Assembly (NCBI RefSeq): GCF_006345805.1
Contig: NC_043014.1
Location: forward strand, 38,440,001-38,504,000
Reading direction: 5' to 3'
DNA length: 64,000 bases
From: Octopus sinensis
Lineage: Eukaryota
The translations under genes and the position numbers were made by a program. The number at the start of each line of letters is the position of its first letter. Position 1 is the stretch's first letter. This document shows, in pieces, positions 62,173 to 64,000 of the stretch. The notes beneath the pieces were generated by a model. It saw only the letters and a program-made list of their open reading frames with translations, was not told the DNA's origin and did no database searches.

Positions 62173-63116
62173 CACATATGTAACTCATTTGTATATATTA
62201 AGATTTTGCGGTGAATGTTTTACGGTTTATGCTTTTTGCGTATGTGTTTTTATTGGTATATACGTCTATCCGCGTATGTATGTGTATGTGTGTATAGACT
62301 ACGTTTTGTATATCCTCGTATGTATGTGTATGTGCGTATAGAGATGTGTATATGAACATAACGATGCGCGCTTAAAAATAAATTTTCAGACGCAAAGTTG
62401 TGTGTTTTAAGGGATGTTTAGCTGCTGTTTCTAGCACATCATACGTCTTGATGTGATACTCTACCAAATTGTTTTTTTGTCATAGCTAGATTCTCTTTAC
62501 ACACAAAACATTAAATAAACAAAGTAAAATGGTCCAAGTTGTATGTAATACGTTTGTATTATATTCTAATAATCGAGAGTACAGTTATATATTGAATATT
62601 TTATACAGAAACGACTCCGCGCCCTTGCGTGTGTGTGCATGTGCGTGTGCGTTATTCATTCATTTCGTAACTGAGCGCGAGAGAAATAAAGAAAACTTGC
62701 TCGAAATGACAATCGAAATATGGTCGCGAAATTCGGTTCGCTAAAAAATATATTTAAAGGCGGGAGAGATGCATGAATGTAGCATTAAACAGTAGACATT
62801 TAAACTGTGAGGTAAATAAAGAATAAAAACATCGATAAAGATTGCTCAATTACCTCCCTTGAATAATGACGTTTTCTTGAAGAAATCAGTTATGAAAGAA
62901 TGTTTAATTAATAAATTGTAAAATTTAGACAAAAAAAGCAAATTATATAAAAGTACTTTCATCAAACAATTATAAATGATGAAATAAATAAAATACTTCA
63001 AAAATTCTTTCATTTCTTTTTAGTGTAAATAATAAAATGGAATATATTCTTTATATAACATCAGTCAATGAGTTTGTCATTAAGAGAATATAATAAAAAT
63101 CGTTAGGCGAGAAAGC

Positions 63117-63279
63117 ATACTTACCTGGCACAGGGGTAAACCATGATCATCAAGGTGGTTCTCCCAGAGTGAGGCCCTTCCATTGCACTCCGGTTGGGTT
63201 GACCTTTGCGATCGCCCCAAATGTGGGCGACTCGGGTGCGCTATTTCTAAGTGTGGGGTCTGCGTTCGCGCTCACCCCG
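63117..63279 (+). ncRNA. RNU1: U1 spliceosomal snRNA
   Basis: Starts ATACTTACCTGG; U1A loop ATTGCACTCC; SL4 GCG-TTCG-CGC; helix H (GCAC/GTGC) and all four stem-loops can pair, with compensatory changes; 163 nt. Confidence 0.95.
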
Positions 63280-64000
63280 TAAATGAAACAAAGAACAGAC
63301 TGAACAATCCCTCTCCTAATAATCTATGTTGCATTTTATTAACACAGATGTGATAGAATGGCATGACGTGTACATATGTACTACCTTCCGTCATTGGATT
63401 GTGCCCAAGCTGGAGCCACGAAGGGTGGAATGTCAATCCCATTTCATTTACTGCATCACTTTAAAGTTGATTCCCGGAGTGGATATAGACTGTTCCAATT
63501 TGTAATGTTCGGTGAAGGGATCAGTTTTCATTATAACAATTTTATTAACAAGAAAAAAAGGATCTTTTCGGTTTGAACGGCAGTTTTTTAAAATAGTTTC
63601 TAGGTAACCAAAAAGTTCTAAACTTCGTATACTGGTAGAATGTGTTTATAAAACATCTTTTTCTCTTGGCTTTATTGAGAAAATTCTATAGTTTGTAAGA
63701 TGTTTGGTCTTTAATTTCGGCAATTTTAACCAATCAATGGCGTCTATTGAGGTAAAAAAAGAAAAAAAAACATTCTGTGCCTTATGATATGTCCCTCGAT
63801 TAAGAAATAGATTGGGTTTATTTACATTTGTGAAGAAAAAAAGGATACCCTTCCCCCCACCCCTAAAACAGATTGAAATGCAATAGATCGATACTAGGGT
63901 CATAATTATGGGTGACAATTTCATATAACACCGCTAGAAAAAACTAGCATTTTCTAGCGGTGTCGTATGAAATTGTCACCCATAATTATGACCCTAGTAT

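Noticed and set aside
62759-62778. GGCGGG plus ATGCATGA as a U1 distal sequence element
   Set aside because: Imperfect octamer at about -350, farther than the usual -220; cannot be supported without other copies.

Overview
Repeat-dense, AT-rich eukaryotic DNA, most likely an octopod/coleoid cephalopod (inferred from the SINE families and microsatellite density, not proven). The main gene is a minus-strand secreted animal heme peroxidase (peroxidase-cyclooxygenase superfamily). I reconstructed 11 GT-AG exons from 42926 down to 7603 (about 626 aa; signal-peptide exon(s) not located), including a 28-nt microexon and a terminal exon that adds a thrombospondin type-1 (TSP1) repeat. The distal Gln/His/Arg, proximal His/Asn and Ca-binding motif are conserved, but both heme-ester residues are amides (MPO D94 to N, E242 to Q). 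Two exons each lack one base (assembly error or pseudogenisation). A structurally intact, slightly variant U1 snRNA lies at 63117-63279 (+). The rest is transposons: R4/Dong LINEs all in (AAT)n, a Tx1-like LINE twice in (TATC)n, a Penelope-like element, RTE fragments, two Tc1 relics, Tc2, hAT and foldback MITEs, Helitrons and four tRNA-SINE families. Nine hammerhead ribozyme motifs are visible, two of them in a 366-nt retrozyme-like tandem/inverted multimer at 1449-2280. There is one 100-N gap.
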